A DNA stretch of 64,000 nucleotides. Origin: Folioceros fuciformis (lineage: Eukaryota). The notes below the pieces were generated by a model. The model was not told where the DNA came from, did no database searches, and saw only the letters and a list, made by a program, of their open reading frames with translations. Below, one piece after another: positions 63,660 through 64,000 of this stretch (position 1 is the first letter of the stretch; each line of letters starts with the position of its first letter). The position numbers were made by a program, and so were the translations under genes. The stretch is from assembly GCA_049999805.1 (NCBI GenBank), contig JBNGIO010006314.1, positions 348,453 to 412,452 of the forward strand, written 5' to 3'.

Positions 63660-64000
63660 CAGACCTTGGCACAGTTCTGAATACAGAAGCAAGTGCAAGT
63701 AAGCCCTACTCCTTGCTGAGGGCAAAAGTACCACCTCCAAGGGCAAGCCCAGGACTCCACCTCGTCAAATTTGAAAAGCACGGCCCGAATACTGCTTACA
63801 CCGGCCAGAACCCGCCAGACAAAAGTCCGGTCTGGTCACCCTTTTTTTGCTGCATCTGCTGCCGGTGTCACGCCCCTTGTTCAAACGTGGAAGAGACGTC
63901 CACCGTTTCGCTCCGTTTCGTTTCGTCCGTAGAGATTCATCATGTGACTCCCCTGATCTTCTGAACGCCGGCATCCGATATCAGTTCTGGACGCCTTACT

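Overview
Gene-dense nuclear DNA from a land plant, with short (~85-125 nt) spliceosomal introns and several N gaps (draft assembly). A hornwort- or other seed-free-plant-like origin is my inference, based on the compact introns and a PLS-PPR gene with a DYW:WW-type box. Genes in order: myosin VIII (+, 5' truncated); a decayed giant PLS-PPR gene; TFIIE-alpha; PEX4/UBC21; intronless VDE; RabB1; bZIP60; a three-exon orphan gene; two intronless tandem SCPL20-like carboxypeptidases; SEC3 (all -); tRNA-Glu(CUC) and an R2R3-MYB (+); a copia remnant; two PXC3-like LRR-RLKs (-) separated by a repeat-rich block (hAT remnants, a PGG-only ORF, local duplications); and an intact PLS-E+ PPR gene (-). The most striking observation is in bZIP60. 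Its 23-nt IRE1 unconventional intron is not contiguous in the genome: a 123-nt, in-frame GT-AG spliceosomal intron interrupts it, so nuclear splicing must first assemble the twin stem-loop that IRE1 cuts. All exon boundaries were read by eye and family assignments rest on recalled motifs, not database searches.
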